A stretch of DNA of 64,000 nucleotides from Dimorphilus gyrociliatus (Eukaryota > Animalia > Annelida), in the NCBI GenBank assembly GCA_904063045.1, contig CAJFCJ010000006.1, forward strand, positions 4,852,408-4,916,407, given 5' to 3'. How positions within the stretch are numbered: position 1 is the first letter of the stretch; every line of letters starts with the position of its first letter. The position numbers were made by a program, and so were the translations under genes. A model generated the notes under the pieces. The model was not told the origin of the DNA. It ran no database searches and was given only the letters and a program-made list of their open reading frames with translations. Positions 36,351-48,178 of the stretch are shown here, piece by piece.

Positions 36351-37731
36351 ATGAAAAAGTAAGAAAACTTTTAAAAGTTATTTTTATGTTGTTTAATTCC
36401 AAATTTTTTTTTTCAGTTTTATTGCAATCTGTATTTTAGCTCTAGTGGCTGTAGCAACATCTTTCCCATGCAAATCTTTTGATAAAAAAAGGCATGAGGC
36501 TTGTAAGACTGTTTTTTCAAATGGAACTGAATCTGAAGGAAGCGAATGCTCTGATGGAAAAGTTTGCACAGCTCCACCAAATGTTCAAGTTTACTTCTGC
36601 TCCGGAACTGATAATAAGAGACAAAGATGCAAAGTTGTTATTGATGAAAAAGAGGAAGAATTATCTGAATGCCCAGAGGGAAGCGAATGTCTTCTTGAAG
36701 AGAGAGAAAAAGTTGAATGGAGATGTAAATGCGCTGAAAATGACACAGAATGCGAAAAGAAAAGCAGACCATGGGCTAGACCAGTCGATAAAGGAATCTG
36801 CAAACTTATCGTCAATGGAACAAGCAAAGTTGAAAAAGAATGCGAAAATGGTTTAGTTTGCAAAAAACCCGCAGAGGTAAAAGTTTCTGTTTGCAAGAAA
36901 GTTGAGGAAGAAGCAGAAGAAGAAGAAGAAGAAGAAGAAGAAGAAACTGAAGGAGATGAAGATGAAGCAGATGCAGAGACTTTTGGCTCTTGGGAAAGAA
37001 GGAGAGGTGGAGACAGAAGAGTACGCAAAGATAGAAAGAGAGGCGGAGACAAAGAAGAAGGTGAAGACAAAGAAGAAGGAGAAGACAAAAAGAGAGGCGG
37101 AGACAGAAAAGAAAGGGGGGGTAGAAAGAGAGTTGGAGGTAGGAAAGGAAGAGGAGGTAAAAGGGGAGGTGGAAATCAAGACCGTAAAAAGGCCTTCAAA
37201 ATCTGCGATATGTCGATTGATGGACAAAAAGTTGAACGTGACTTTGCTGACTGTGAAGATAATGAAGAATGTGTAGAAGCTACTAGACCAGCTGAAAAAA
37301 TAGTCGAAAAATGGCATTGTTCCTGTCCAGAGGGAGATGAAGAATGTGAGAAAAAGCATAAAAACATCAACAAACCACAAAGACTTGAGCATGGTGTCAG
37401 ATCAAAAAGACCTGGACATGGTGGTAGATCAAAAAGACCTGGACGTGGTGGTAGATCCGAGGGTGACAAGCCAGAGAGACCAGAAGGTGACAAGCCAGAG
37501 AGACCAGAAGGTGACAAACCAGAGAGACCAGAAGGTGACAAGCCAGAGGGAGATGCCTCTGAACCCGCAAGAAATGGAAATAACCAAAACAGATCTGGCC
37601 AAAACAAGCCAAAAAGAAATGAGGGAGATAAACCAGAGAAATCTGATGAAGATAAGCCAAAGAAACGCGAAGGAGGGAAACAAGAGAGACCAGAACATGG
37701 TGACAGAAAACGAGGAGGAAGAAGACAATAA
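36351..37731 (+). CDS. Orphan secreted protein (440 aa) with four Cys-rich modules, acidic and Arg/Gly blocks, and EGDKPERP repeats
   Basis: Exon 1 36351-36358 (ATGAAAAA), intron 36359-36416, then an open frame to 37731. This gives signal peptide MKNFIAICILALVAVATS; internal domain duplication is visible. Confidence 0.85.
37390..37554 (+). repeat. Coding tandem repeats: 27-bp unit (HGGRSKRPG, ~2.5 copies) and 24-bp unit (EGDKPERP, ~3.5 copies)
   Basis: Directly visible, e.g. gaaggtgacaagccagagagacca. Confidence 0.9.
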
Positions 37732-37944
37732 TTAATTAAAATATTTGCTGGATCAAATATTCTCTGTCTTTCTGATTTGATCTGCTTGTTACAAGCAATC
37801 AATCCTACTTTGATAAACAACGTAAACAATTAGTTAGAAGCACAAATACATTGATTAATCATATCGCAACTGTTTTCTCTTTCGTTTATTTCGACAGTTT
37901 ATTCAAATGAAGGACACTTCAGTAGTTTTTAGCTTAAACTTTAC

Positions 37945-40900
37945 TCAATCATTTACAGCACCTTTGTTATTTGGAAAAGAAGATTGTTGAACATCTTCAG
38001 AATCGTCTACTTTCTGATATTTTTTGCGTAGTCTTTCCTTTATCAAGATACCTTTTATCAGCAATTTCCATCTTTCTAGTACTCGCTTTTCCTTTTTCTA
38101 CAAAAAATTTATTTAAATATAATTAGTAAACTAAGTGTTTTATTACTTGAGCTTCTTTCTCTGCCATTATCTCCTGTTCTTCATCCCAAGCTGCAAGTAA
38201 TATGTCTTTGCTCTCCTCCGGAACAACATAACCATCAACACTGTTGCGAATAAATAATATTAATAATATAATACTCTGCTTCCTTAGTTCAAAACTTTAC
38301 ACTGGATGGTTGAAGCCTCCGTGAAAGTCCCAACTAGTTACTGCAGGGACACAGTCAATATTCAACTTTCTACCTACCTTGTTTAGTCCTGGTACTATAA
38401 GAATTCAAAGTTAAAGAGAAGATTAATGGTATTTGACTACTAACGTCTCAAATGTACACCTCCTTTCGGTAACATAGATTCTTTATACAATTCAACATTA
38501 CCATATTGGTTACGAGGAACTCTGCCATTTTCAACCGGATCTGGTGTATATACCTCCGTTTGCCATTCCCCAAACAATTCAGCTTTTGGCTCTTCTACAT
38601 AGACATGTTTCTTTAAGAATTATAATTTGTGTAATTCTTTCAAATATAAAATATTTAGACCTTACTTTATTTTTTCTAGCTTTCACAGTTTTGTATGGAA
38701 TTTCGAAAGGTTTTACCTGCCTTCCCTCTCGAGTCCAAGTTTCTCTTGTATGAAGCTATTTGAAAAGAGGAGAATGGTGAAATTTGAAAAAAATTTGTCA
38801 ATATTTTACCGTATGAACACACTCTCTTACGTATACTTCTTCGTTTCTTATAAAGCCAATAGGTGCAGCTTCTGGAGGGTAAATAGCCTGAAATTTCAAC
38901 AGATGTCGCTTCAGTGCGTACAAGGCATGATTTTTATATTCGTTGATAGTTTTCGGTAAAGGTTCTTCTCTTTTCTTGTCTAAAAAACATAAGTCAATAC
39001 GCATGTAATTAAATCTCCATGACCTTTGACCTACCAAGGATAAGTTTATTTTCATCTTCATCCCTTTTAGACTTTGATTCAAATATTTCCTGAGTTTGTT
39101 TCCACCAGTTATGATCGGCCCGAAGTTTTCGATTGTTAACGTTAAATTTCGCTGAATATTTCTCCGTTAGATCCTTCATTGTATTATCTGAGCATTGAGT
39201 CACTAGATTAATTTCATTCCTTTATTTTGATTTTATATTACTAACCTGGATTAAAGCCGATGACATAAACCAGAGTATTAGAGCAACGATCTTCCATGCT
39301 TGATGTACAATTAACATCCATATTAACAAAATCTACACAAATCCATTTTTTTTCCTTTTTCAAATATACTTCACACCAAATATCTACGTCTATTTTTTCT
39401 TCTAACCCATCACTACTTGATTCAGAAAGAATTTTGATAGGTTTAAACTCTTCCTTAGCACATGTTCCCTTTTTTGATTTCTTTGATTGACTTTTTCCAA
39501 CAACTTCAAAATCGGAATCGTCAGAATTGGAAAAAGTGGAAATTTTTACCGCAGATTTATTGCTTTGTTTCTTATTTCGTATTCTAGTAGAAGATCGTTT
39601 TTTCAACTTTTTCGACGCACTGAAATATTTACTTTCACTATTATTGTCCGTTTCCTCAATGTCGACTTTTTCGTCTATTTCTGTCTCCTCTTCCTCAACA
39701 GGCACATCTTCATCATCTTCGGATGAATCTTCTATTACTAATTTCTTAACTTTCTTTTTAGGTATTGCGGCGGGATTTTTTACGTGTTTTCGTTTGGTGC
39801 TATTCTTTGCTACTAGATGACACTTAGGAATCTGAAGGTAATAGTTTTCTTATACTTTTTTCATAGTAATAATAATCGATGACTCATACTTTTTCTCTAA
39901 AATGAAGAGGATAGAAAGACATGACAAGACGAACTTCTAGACCAAAACCTTGTAATATTCCGATACAACTCTAGAAAATTAGAAAGTATTAAAAGTGTAT
40001 TATTTAAGAAATTTGATTAAAAGCTTACTAAGATATATTCTGTTCGAGAAAATGCCACTCCTCTTGTAATAGTACACTCAAGACGTTCAGCCTGTTTATT
40101 ATAATTAATTAAACTGATAAGAAATATTAAGCTTTGTATGAAATAGTTATTACAATATTTCCTTTCACATTTTCATCTTTTATATTCATCTTTACTATTT
40201 CAGTTATAGAATTAACTAACTTCCTTAGAGTTTCAATACCCCAGTTTTTCATTGCCGTTTTCAAGAATATAAACGAAGGCTTAACTGAGAGAGAAACAGC
40301 TCTGAATATGTCTCCTTTTAGTACATCATTAACATATCTACCATGAGCAAGTAATAGTAGTAGATGGACCTTTAATACAGACAAACATATATATATACTG
40401 TATATAATATTATTTCATTATTATACAGTATATGCTCTACAAACTTTATGCATCCATGAAAATGTGTCTCTTTTATATTTAGCCATCCAATATTTGAACC
40501 ATTCCATCATCCTCTCCTTCTTGCTGTAACAACAACACTACTTTTAAGGGATATTTTTAAATGTCTATGAAAAAAACCTTTTCCTTTTTAATTGTCCTGG
40601 AATATGGTCTAATTTGATGTTGACCTCCTCTGATGGTTTAACGTAATCGTCCTCATTTTCGGCATTTTCCACTTCTTCCCAATCACTACCTTCTGATTCC
40701 ATTCCATCTTTCTTATTCTGCTTTGAGTGAACTTTTCCTTCCATTGCTTGAAGTACATCAGTAACGGATGAACAGTTCATTAGTTCAGGGCAAGACTTGA
40801 TCAGTGCAGGTTTTTTAGGTGTAGAATCATCACTGTCTGTAAAATCTTCTTGTTCTACATCGTCTACTTTTGTTTCCAATGTTGCTTCTTTAACCATTGA

Positions 40901-41162
40901 CTTTTCGGAAAGTGGTACCTTTTCACCATCTTTCAACGATTTTCCACCGGATGATGAGGCTATTTCAGAGTTTTTCTTTGCGTTAATCGAAGTTTTATCA
41001 TCGTCATCTTCTGGAGACTTGCGATTTTTTGTCTCTGTTGCTGTGATACTGGGTGAACGCTTTTTGGCTTTGGAAGCCGGTGCTTTTCTGGTAGCGAGCG
41101 ATAAAAGGAGAATTTACGCAATCTTCCCCTAACCAATGAAATTATACAAACCTTTTCGACAT
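37945..41162 (-). CDS. XPC: DNA damage recognition protein XPC (Rad4)
   Basis: [19 protein letters not shown]...[57 protein letters not shown] and [20 protein letters not shown] at 41162. Confidence 0.93.
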
Positions 41163-41964
41163 GACGTAAGAAAAGTCAATGTATGTATCCCTTCACCAAT
41201 AGAAAATTGCCTTGTTTGCCAAAACTCTACTTAAGCAGTCATACGAAAGTTGAAGAATGAAAGAGAAAGGGAGTCTAATTTGAAGAAGTTAATAACGATA
41301 ACTAACCAATCAGAATTTAGTATTCACTTTGGAGCTAATAGGTGGCGCTTCATAAAAGTGTTTTATTCAAGTTTGAATTTTTGGAAGAGACTTACAACTA
41401 TTTCATAAATTGTTTGCATAACGAATAAATAAATAATACATTAATAGTTAAAGGTAAGATTATTGGTGAGATAATCAAATATTTTACCTTTCATTTATAG
41501 GTCAATGTATTTAAAGCAAAAAGTATAAAATTTACGGAATGATGAAAGGTTTATTTCATTCTTTTTTTCCTATTTGCCTATTAGAAAATATCGATTTTCC
41601 GATAAAGAACTCACGAATAAAACTGTAAAGAAAAAGAAAGTCTTAAGAATTGTTTTATTCTCTGGATAAATCAAATAATAGATAAACAATACGAAAAATT
41701 CTATCATTCGATAATTTGATCCGTAAGATCATTATTTAGAATATTTCATAAGATTCCTAAAATGGCAAGAATTTTTCTTCTCAACTATGATCATATCCTA
41801 GATTCTTTCAAAGAAAATCTACTTTCCCATTGAATGCAGTTAATAACAAGAAACTTATTGCACGTAGCCAGTTAATAATGTTTGACCAATAGATGGCACC
41901 ACAGCCATATGAATCTACATTTCGTCTTCTCTCTGTTTTTTGCTGTCGCTTCTATTCGTTGCAG

Positions 41965-44715
41965 TTATAGAACGGTTACACGTTCATCTATAAGCACTTG
42001 ACTGTCGCAGACATCTTCAAGTCCCTTAGTTCTAAGACCCGTAGGTAAAGATGCAACATTCGAAGCAGCAATTAGACTAGCTACAATGCTAAAATGCCTA
42101 TTTTTCTTTTCTTTCCTTTTCTTGCATATCTTTTTCAAGCAGTTGCGTCCCGCAAAGAGTAACTTGGCGGCAGCGAAGGGTATCGGAGTGGCGAATAGTA
42201 TCCAAATAGGCATGGTTGATAGAAGATCAGAGTCTGGTGAACCAACTGTAAAACGAACAATAGCCAACGCTAACATTGAATTTTTCGTTGTACATTCAGC
42301 CCTTATTGCCTTCCTTCCTTTAGCATCAATTGTCCTACAATTTAAATACGAACATCCAATACCAAAGCAATAATTTAGTATGACGAACAAACTAGAGGCA
42401 AATAACGAGTTGAATGTTAACAGAGAGAGCATGTATATGTTTATATACATTCCTAAAGTTATAAACAGTATAGAGAACAGCAGTAAAAATGGTTTAATAA
42501 ACCAAGTTAACAATCCTTCAGCAAAACCAGGTCCTATTCGCCGAAGGTATATACCAACAAAAAAAGAGGCAATATATCCCAATAACCATATCTGTTAGAT
42601 ATATAATACATAAATAATGAGCAAGTCGTCGGTAAGAATTTATTGTTGTAGAGAAAAAAACAAAAATCTACATGTCTACCTCTGTATAAAGTAGGCTGGA
42701 AGAGTCGATTGGGAATATTTGCCAGGCTATAAATAACCAAAAAGGACCAGAGGCTGCAAGAATGAAGAAAAACAAAAGAATAATGTATAATATTAACATG
42801 TAGACATTTATTAAGAGTGAGAAAGAAAAGAAAGAAAGAAATATCAGGTGTAAACATTGCGTGAATATTAACTATTCTCGGTTGTTCCCTTGAAAAAAGA
42901 AAACGACAGGAAAAGTGTATGGAAGCTGATTAATTGAAATCGGTATACGTGCCCAATTTGTCCCCTACTATATATTATTCCCAATGGTCTCATCAATATA
43001 AACATGACTAACGCGTTTCTAGGTCCTCTTCTTTTTGATGAAGACTAACCTAATTTAAAATTATTGATAGGGGGGGAAAAAATCCTACAATCTGAGCACG
43101 TAGGCCTAAATATTAGATTTTTTTTCCTTTTTATTGTAATCTTCTAAAAGTGGTAATGATCAATTTTAAAAGAATTAAGTTTCTTCTCATTTTACTGTTT
43201 TGCAACTATGGATTGAGGTTAAAGGTCATTAAAGTTAAAAAGAAAAAGCTTTGCGTGTTTGTAAAGATCTTCTCGAACTTGTTCTCTTTTTTTTTGTTTT
43301 TACAGCAAGGAGATTAAGAGATTGATGACTCTTTTTCTGTGTGCGTTTTACATGTAGCAAAGTAATAGGCCTAAGTAATAGAGAAATGTTCGAGAAAGGT
43401 AAAAATTGAAAAAGAAAAGGAAAAGAGTCTAAAAAAAAAGAAAACTAAACTGACCCAGAGCGAAACAAGCGCTCAGAAGATTAATAGCTGAGCTTAATGC
43501 CTTCTCGCCGTCTAACATCGACGTAATGATGAAGCCGAGTCCGCCGCCGGCAAGGCAGGAAACATAAAAAGCTCCCAAACCCTCATCTTTGCTCAATAAG
43601 CAGGCAAAAGATAGGGAAAGAGCCACCTGTATAGAAAAAATTCCAAAGATGCAATCTATCTTCCTTCAAATGGATATGATAAATTAAATTAAATAATAAG
43701 AAACTTATTATTCCTTACTAGAGGAGAACTAAATTGACAAATAGCCACTGAAAGTAGAGTTTGCCATTTTTGCTGCCGAATTGCCTCCAATTTAGTGACT
43801 AGGCCAAGAGAAAGACTATTGAGCATAGAAACAGATGCAATTACGCAATCGAATATGTAGTCGGGTAATTTCCGTTTCCTAACAATGACTAAACGATATT
43901 GAACAGTTGTGGTATAATTTCCATGTAAGAATTTCACTGCGAAGATTGTAGGAGTAGAGTTTTTTTATGGGTGGTTATACGAATAGAACGAATAGTGGAC
44001 ATTTATCTGGATAACTCTATATAAAAGTCCTATTAAAGATATAGATTAATGCTGTCTCTTCTAAGCTCCTTTCAATAGAATCGAAAATTAAAGGAACATT
44101 CTTCCGATGAGTTAAGGATACTTGAGTGGATACTAAAAAATCGATTTACAAGAGGATAAAGCATCAGAATAGGACAATCTAACGCCTTTAAGCTAGCCAC
44201 TTTTTACGAGATGAATTGAGTGGCATAAACAAAAATATCAAATTGAAAATGGAAAAAAGATACCCTATCTTCTCAACACCACAGATGTCGCTACAATCGA
44301 CAATATAATCTTCAAAATTCAGAACAAGATAATAAGTAATATATTTTGCCATCTTGTTGTATCAGTATATATGATTAAGCTATAAATAATCCTTCTATTC
44401 TGTTCGAATCGTATAATCACCCGAAAAAGTAGCTCGGCCAACGCAAACCGGTTGTATAAGGAAAAAAGACGATGTTCGATTAGTCAGTTCTAATAAAACC
44501 CAGGCACTAGAATTAAAAGTATTCTGAACAGAAGATTCAGGCAACGCTACTCTATGATCTTCTGATCGTACTTTTATATCCATTATATCCGAATAATTCC
44601 ATGCAAATGTCACTATACTGGATTGATCAAGGCGGAAATGAGAATTTTGAGTAGGTACAAATAGTAAGTTGGCGTTTGAGAAGTTGACGAGAGAGAGTAG
44701 GAGGAAGGGCAACAT
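41965..44715 (-). CDS. SLC10 sodium/bile-acid symporter family member with signal peptide and extracellular N-domain (SLC10A3/A5-like)
   Basis: Five exons join in frame (GRATFS|VKFLHGN; SSPL|VALSL; FALG|ASGPFW; YTE|IWLLG). Motifs SCLAGGG and ECTTKNSMLAL; multiple TM segments. Confidence 0.75.
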
Positions 44716-45393
44716 GCTTTTTAATCCGTCAACGACCAACGTCAAAGTGGGTGTGCAAGGCGCTGCGTAGCGAAAAGGAAAATTTCTCAGCTAATCTGTC
44801 AGCTAATCAAATATTGACTCGCTACTTTGTATACAACTACTTTTGTAAGTATTCCTCTTTTACATAAAGGAAGAAAACTTTTATAAATTACTCACTTTAA
44901 AGTTTTTGCAAATAAATAAAAAAAAACAACAACAACAACAACAACAAAAGCGCTGTTTATAAAAGAAACAGAATGAAACAGAAATATCCTAATTTATCTA
45001 TAAATTGCTTTTTTTATATAAAGGTTATGTAATTTATTAATTTAACTATAGCTTGTTAATGTATTATTAATTATTTAGCAATACTTCAACTATACAAAAC
45101 TCCTTACTACTTAAACATGTTTCTTATTTTTATTTTTATGCTTTTAATACCTTTTTTGCCACTCCTCTCTACTCCTCCTTTCCACTTCGTTCCGTATTCC
45201 CTTTTCTCTAGTAGAATATTTAAGAATTGAAACAATGGCTATGTTGCATTGCATATTTAAGTGTGTATTTTAATAGTAGTTTTTTCTTAATATAACAAAC
45301 AAGCATAAAGAAATATAAAACAACAAACCAATTTTTGTTTGTGCAAACTTTCCTTCCCTTTTTTTCTCTCCCTTTAAAAGGAAATAAAAGATG

Positions 45394-45425
<32 letters not shown>

Positions 45426-45495
45426 GCAGAGTAAGTGTTGCTATCGAATAAATACCAACAAAACAGGAAAACATATTCTAGACAGTCCCTGCCCC

Positions 45496-45498
<3 letters not shown>

Positions 45499-45527
<29 letters not shown>
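45499..45527. repeat. (CT)n microsatellite (further GA/GACA/AAC tracts lie at 44927-46116)
   Basis: Directly visible. Confidence 0.9.
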
Positions 45528-45530
<3 letters not shown>

Positions 45531-46714
45531 CTTCCTTATACACATACTTATACGATATTTATAAATATAATTGAACATATTCCTTTAATTTGTCTACAGT
45601 ACGCCAACCCCTACAAAGCAGCTTTTCTTATTCTGATCATTCTTTTTTCCCCTTCATTTCTCTCTCGCTCTCTCAAAGATTAGAGAAATGTATCACAATT
45701 AATTTTACAAAGCAATCCTCTTCTTATCACTTATCCCATTTCAAATTCTACTATTATGCATAACTTTAAACTAGGTCAATATAATGGTTTTTAATTGTTT
45801 TTAATTGCGTTATAATATCTAGCTTAAGAGGTAAATACCGCAAAGTAGTTGCGAGGTATTAACACTCATAAAAAATATTTTTTAAGATTTATTATAAGTA
45901 AACAATCGTTGAATATTTTATATAAATAATTCTATATAGAAGAAGATTAGAATAGATTTGAACTATTTCTCGGTCACTTGAAAACCCCAAAAATGAAAAG
46001 AAATCCTTTGCTAAAAAAAAATCGGTGTTATAAATCTTAAAATTGATTTTTTTTGTTACGACCACAAAGGGATTGAGATAAGAGAAGGAGAGAGAGAAAG
46101 AGAGAGAGAGAGAGAGGATATAATATACAAATTAGTTTACTATATGAAAAGATTAAAGTTTAATTCATTTTATTTTATTAGTTTACGACATCAGCCTAAT
46201 CATTTTATTTTCTCTTTCTATCTCTTTTTTTAGCCCATCCTTTCTCTCTCTTTTTTTTTTACACTCTCCATCGCTATTCACGCTGCCCATTGGTCAGTAC
46301 AATAGACCAATTAGAGGTATATATTTGAAATCATGCATATTAATGAAGTTCTAAAGAACGGTAATTTTCATCTTTAATTAACTGAATAATTTTTATTAAG
46401 CCCATTCTAATAACAGAATTATAAAAAAACTATACGCCTGAGTAGTTTGACAATATAGCAATAAATAGCTATAAATATATCTATATATAAATATATATAA
46501 TAGAAAGAAGTAGATCATTGATCCCAAGAAGAAGATTTCCTCAACAAGATAATTTTATAATAATAAGAGAATGGTTTTGGCACAAATCTGCAGTTTTCTT
46601 TTTTAATGAGAGAAGTAAAGAAAGGAAAAGGAAAGAAGAGTTTTGACATATCTTCTTCCTTTTTTTCCCATTAGTTGCATACGAAATAATTCCAGTTTTC
46701 CTTGTAGATATATA

Positions 46715-47381
46715 TTACCAAGGACGCCAAACCCTTTCATTCTCAATATTCTCTTTATTCTCTTCGTTTCCGTATGAAAGTTTCCTTTTTGTATTTCGAA
46801 TATCCGATAGAGGTGGCCGATAGTTTGCGTTATAAACTTGTCCATAAGGCTGACAATTCACGTACATATGCCTTCTCACTATTATTTAAAGAAAAAAAAT
46901 TAATTATTAATATTACTCCTTATAGGCCTAATAAAGACAAAATTAGTAATTAAAAAGTTACTATTTACAGTGATTTTATATTAAATTATTGAAATTCAAA
47001 TAAATTAATTACTGTCGTTGAATGGAAAGCAATAACTTAGTGGAAATCTAATCAATTCACTTATCAAGATCGATAATCTTATTGAGAGTTTACAACCAAT
47101 GCAACATATTGGTTCTGATCTTAAGCTATGATAAGTAGGTGAAGAATAAGTAAATGAATGTTACCTTCCATATCTTTTGATATTCTCTTTACGTAGCCAG
47201 TTAAATGTTGAACAGCTAATTCTAATATTTCAGCTTTTTCCATTGTTTCTTGGTCTTCGGGTCTTTGGCCTGCGGCAGTTAAAACTAATTTCCTTATCTG
47301 CTCTAAACAATTATTGATCCTCTCGCGCCTTCTCTTCTCTACGGCGGTTTTTACTAGCTTCCTTCTCGTTTGCCTGTCCAT
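46715..47381 (-). CDS. Minimal Hairy/E(spl) (HES) bHLH repressor, 126 aa, WRPW tail, no Orange domain
   Basis: Exon 1 47165-47381 (217 nt) encodes bHLH VEKRRRERINNCLEQI...MEKAEILELAVQHL. Exon 2 46715-46878 (164 nt) joins in phase and ends ...ENERVWRPW*. TATAA at ~47419-47424. Confidence 0.9.
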
Positions 47382-48025
47382 CCTTGAATGATCAACTCGT
47401 GTTCAGCACCCGCCTTATAAACCCTCCTCGGCTCTGTTTGATCAACAGACCGCGTCATCTGCCTATAATTAGCAGAATGGTCACTAAGTAAGAGGTTAGA
47501 ATGTAGAAAGTTTCCTGTTGGCCGCTGGTTATGTCATGGTTACGTCACAGCAGTGTAGCGCCTCCCGCCCACGTTTTCAAGTCAATTACCAGGTGCCTGG
47601 AAAATCTTTGAAGTATTAAACTTTCGAAAAAGAGCTAAAATCCGACTTTCAGGTATTAAGGATATACAATCTTTAAAGTACCAACTTTCTAACCAAGCAC
47701 GGGTGATGTTCACTTAGTTCAAGTAGTCTTACTAATTGGTTATATAAAGTATTATCCGGTTTTGCTAAAATTTTACTCATGTTAAAGAAAAGCCTCCAAT
47801 CTATCATACCAATAAAGTACAGGGAAGGAAGGGGTGGAAGGCGATAGCGAAGGAGGAAAAGAGGGGGAGAGGAGAAGACCTAATTTTGTTTCGAAGTGTT
47901 TGTTCGTGTGCGAAAATTTCTCTCTCAATTCCCTTTCGAATTAATTAAGGTCCTATTGATTAAGTACAAAAACGGAAGATTCCGAAAAAAGACCGTCCTT
48001 AAATGCTTATATATAATTTAATCAA

Positions 48026-48178
48026 GATCGCCCTAGGCGTCGAACGCCCACGAGAAACATCTAAGGCGGTAAGGCGTCAAACGCCCCTAGCGCCGTTCAA
48101 TCAGGGACCGATTGTTTACCGGAAACGATCAGAAGACGCCAGCAGTTTGACAACACTCCCAATTGACGCCCGTCGTCT
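48026..48178. promoter_or_regulatory. GC-rich cluster of GGCGTC/GACGCC motifs with two GGCGT-N3-ACGCC palindromes upstream of HES
   Basis: Palindromes at 48036-48048 and 48073-48085; GACGCC at 48135-48140 and 48165-48170. Regulatory role inferred. Confidence 0.35.

Noticed and set aside
36479-37829. Multiple overlapping and antisense ORFs (poly-Ser, poly-Phe, poly-Lys) over the secreted repeat gene
   Set aside because: Shadow frames produced by purine-rich low-complexity repeats that lack stops; only the Cys-module frame has a signal peptide and promoter.
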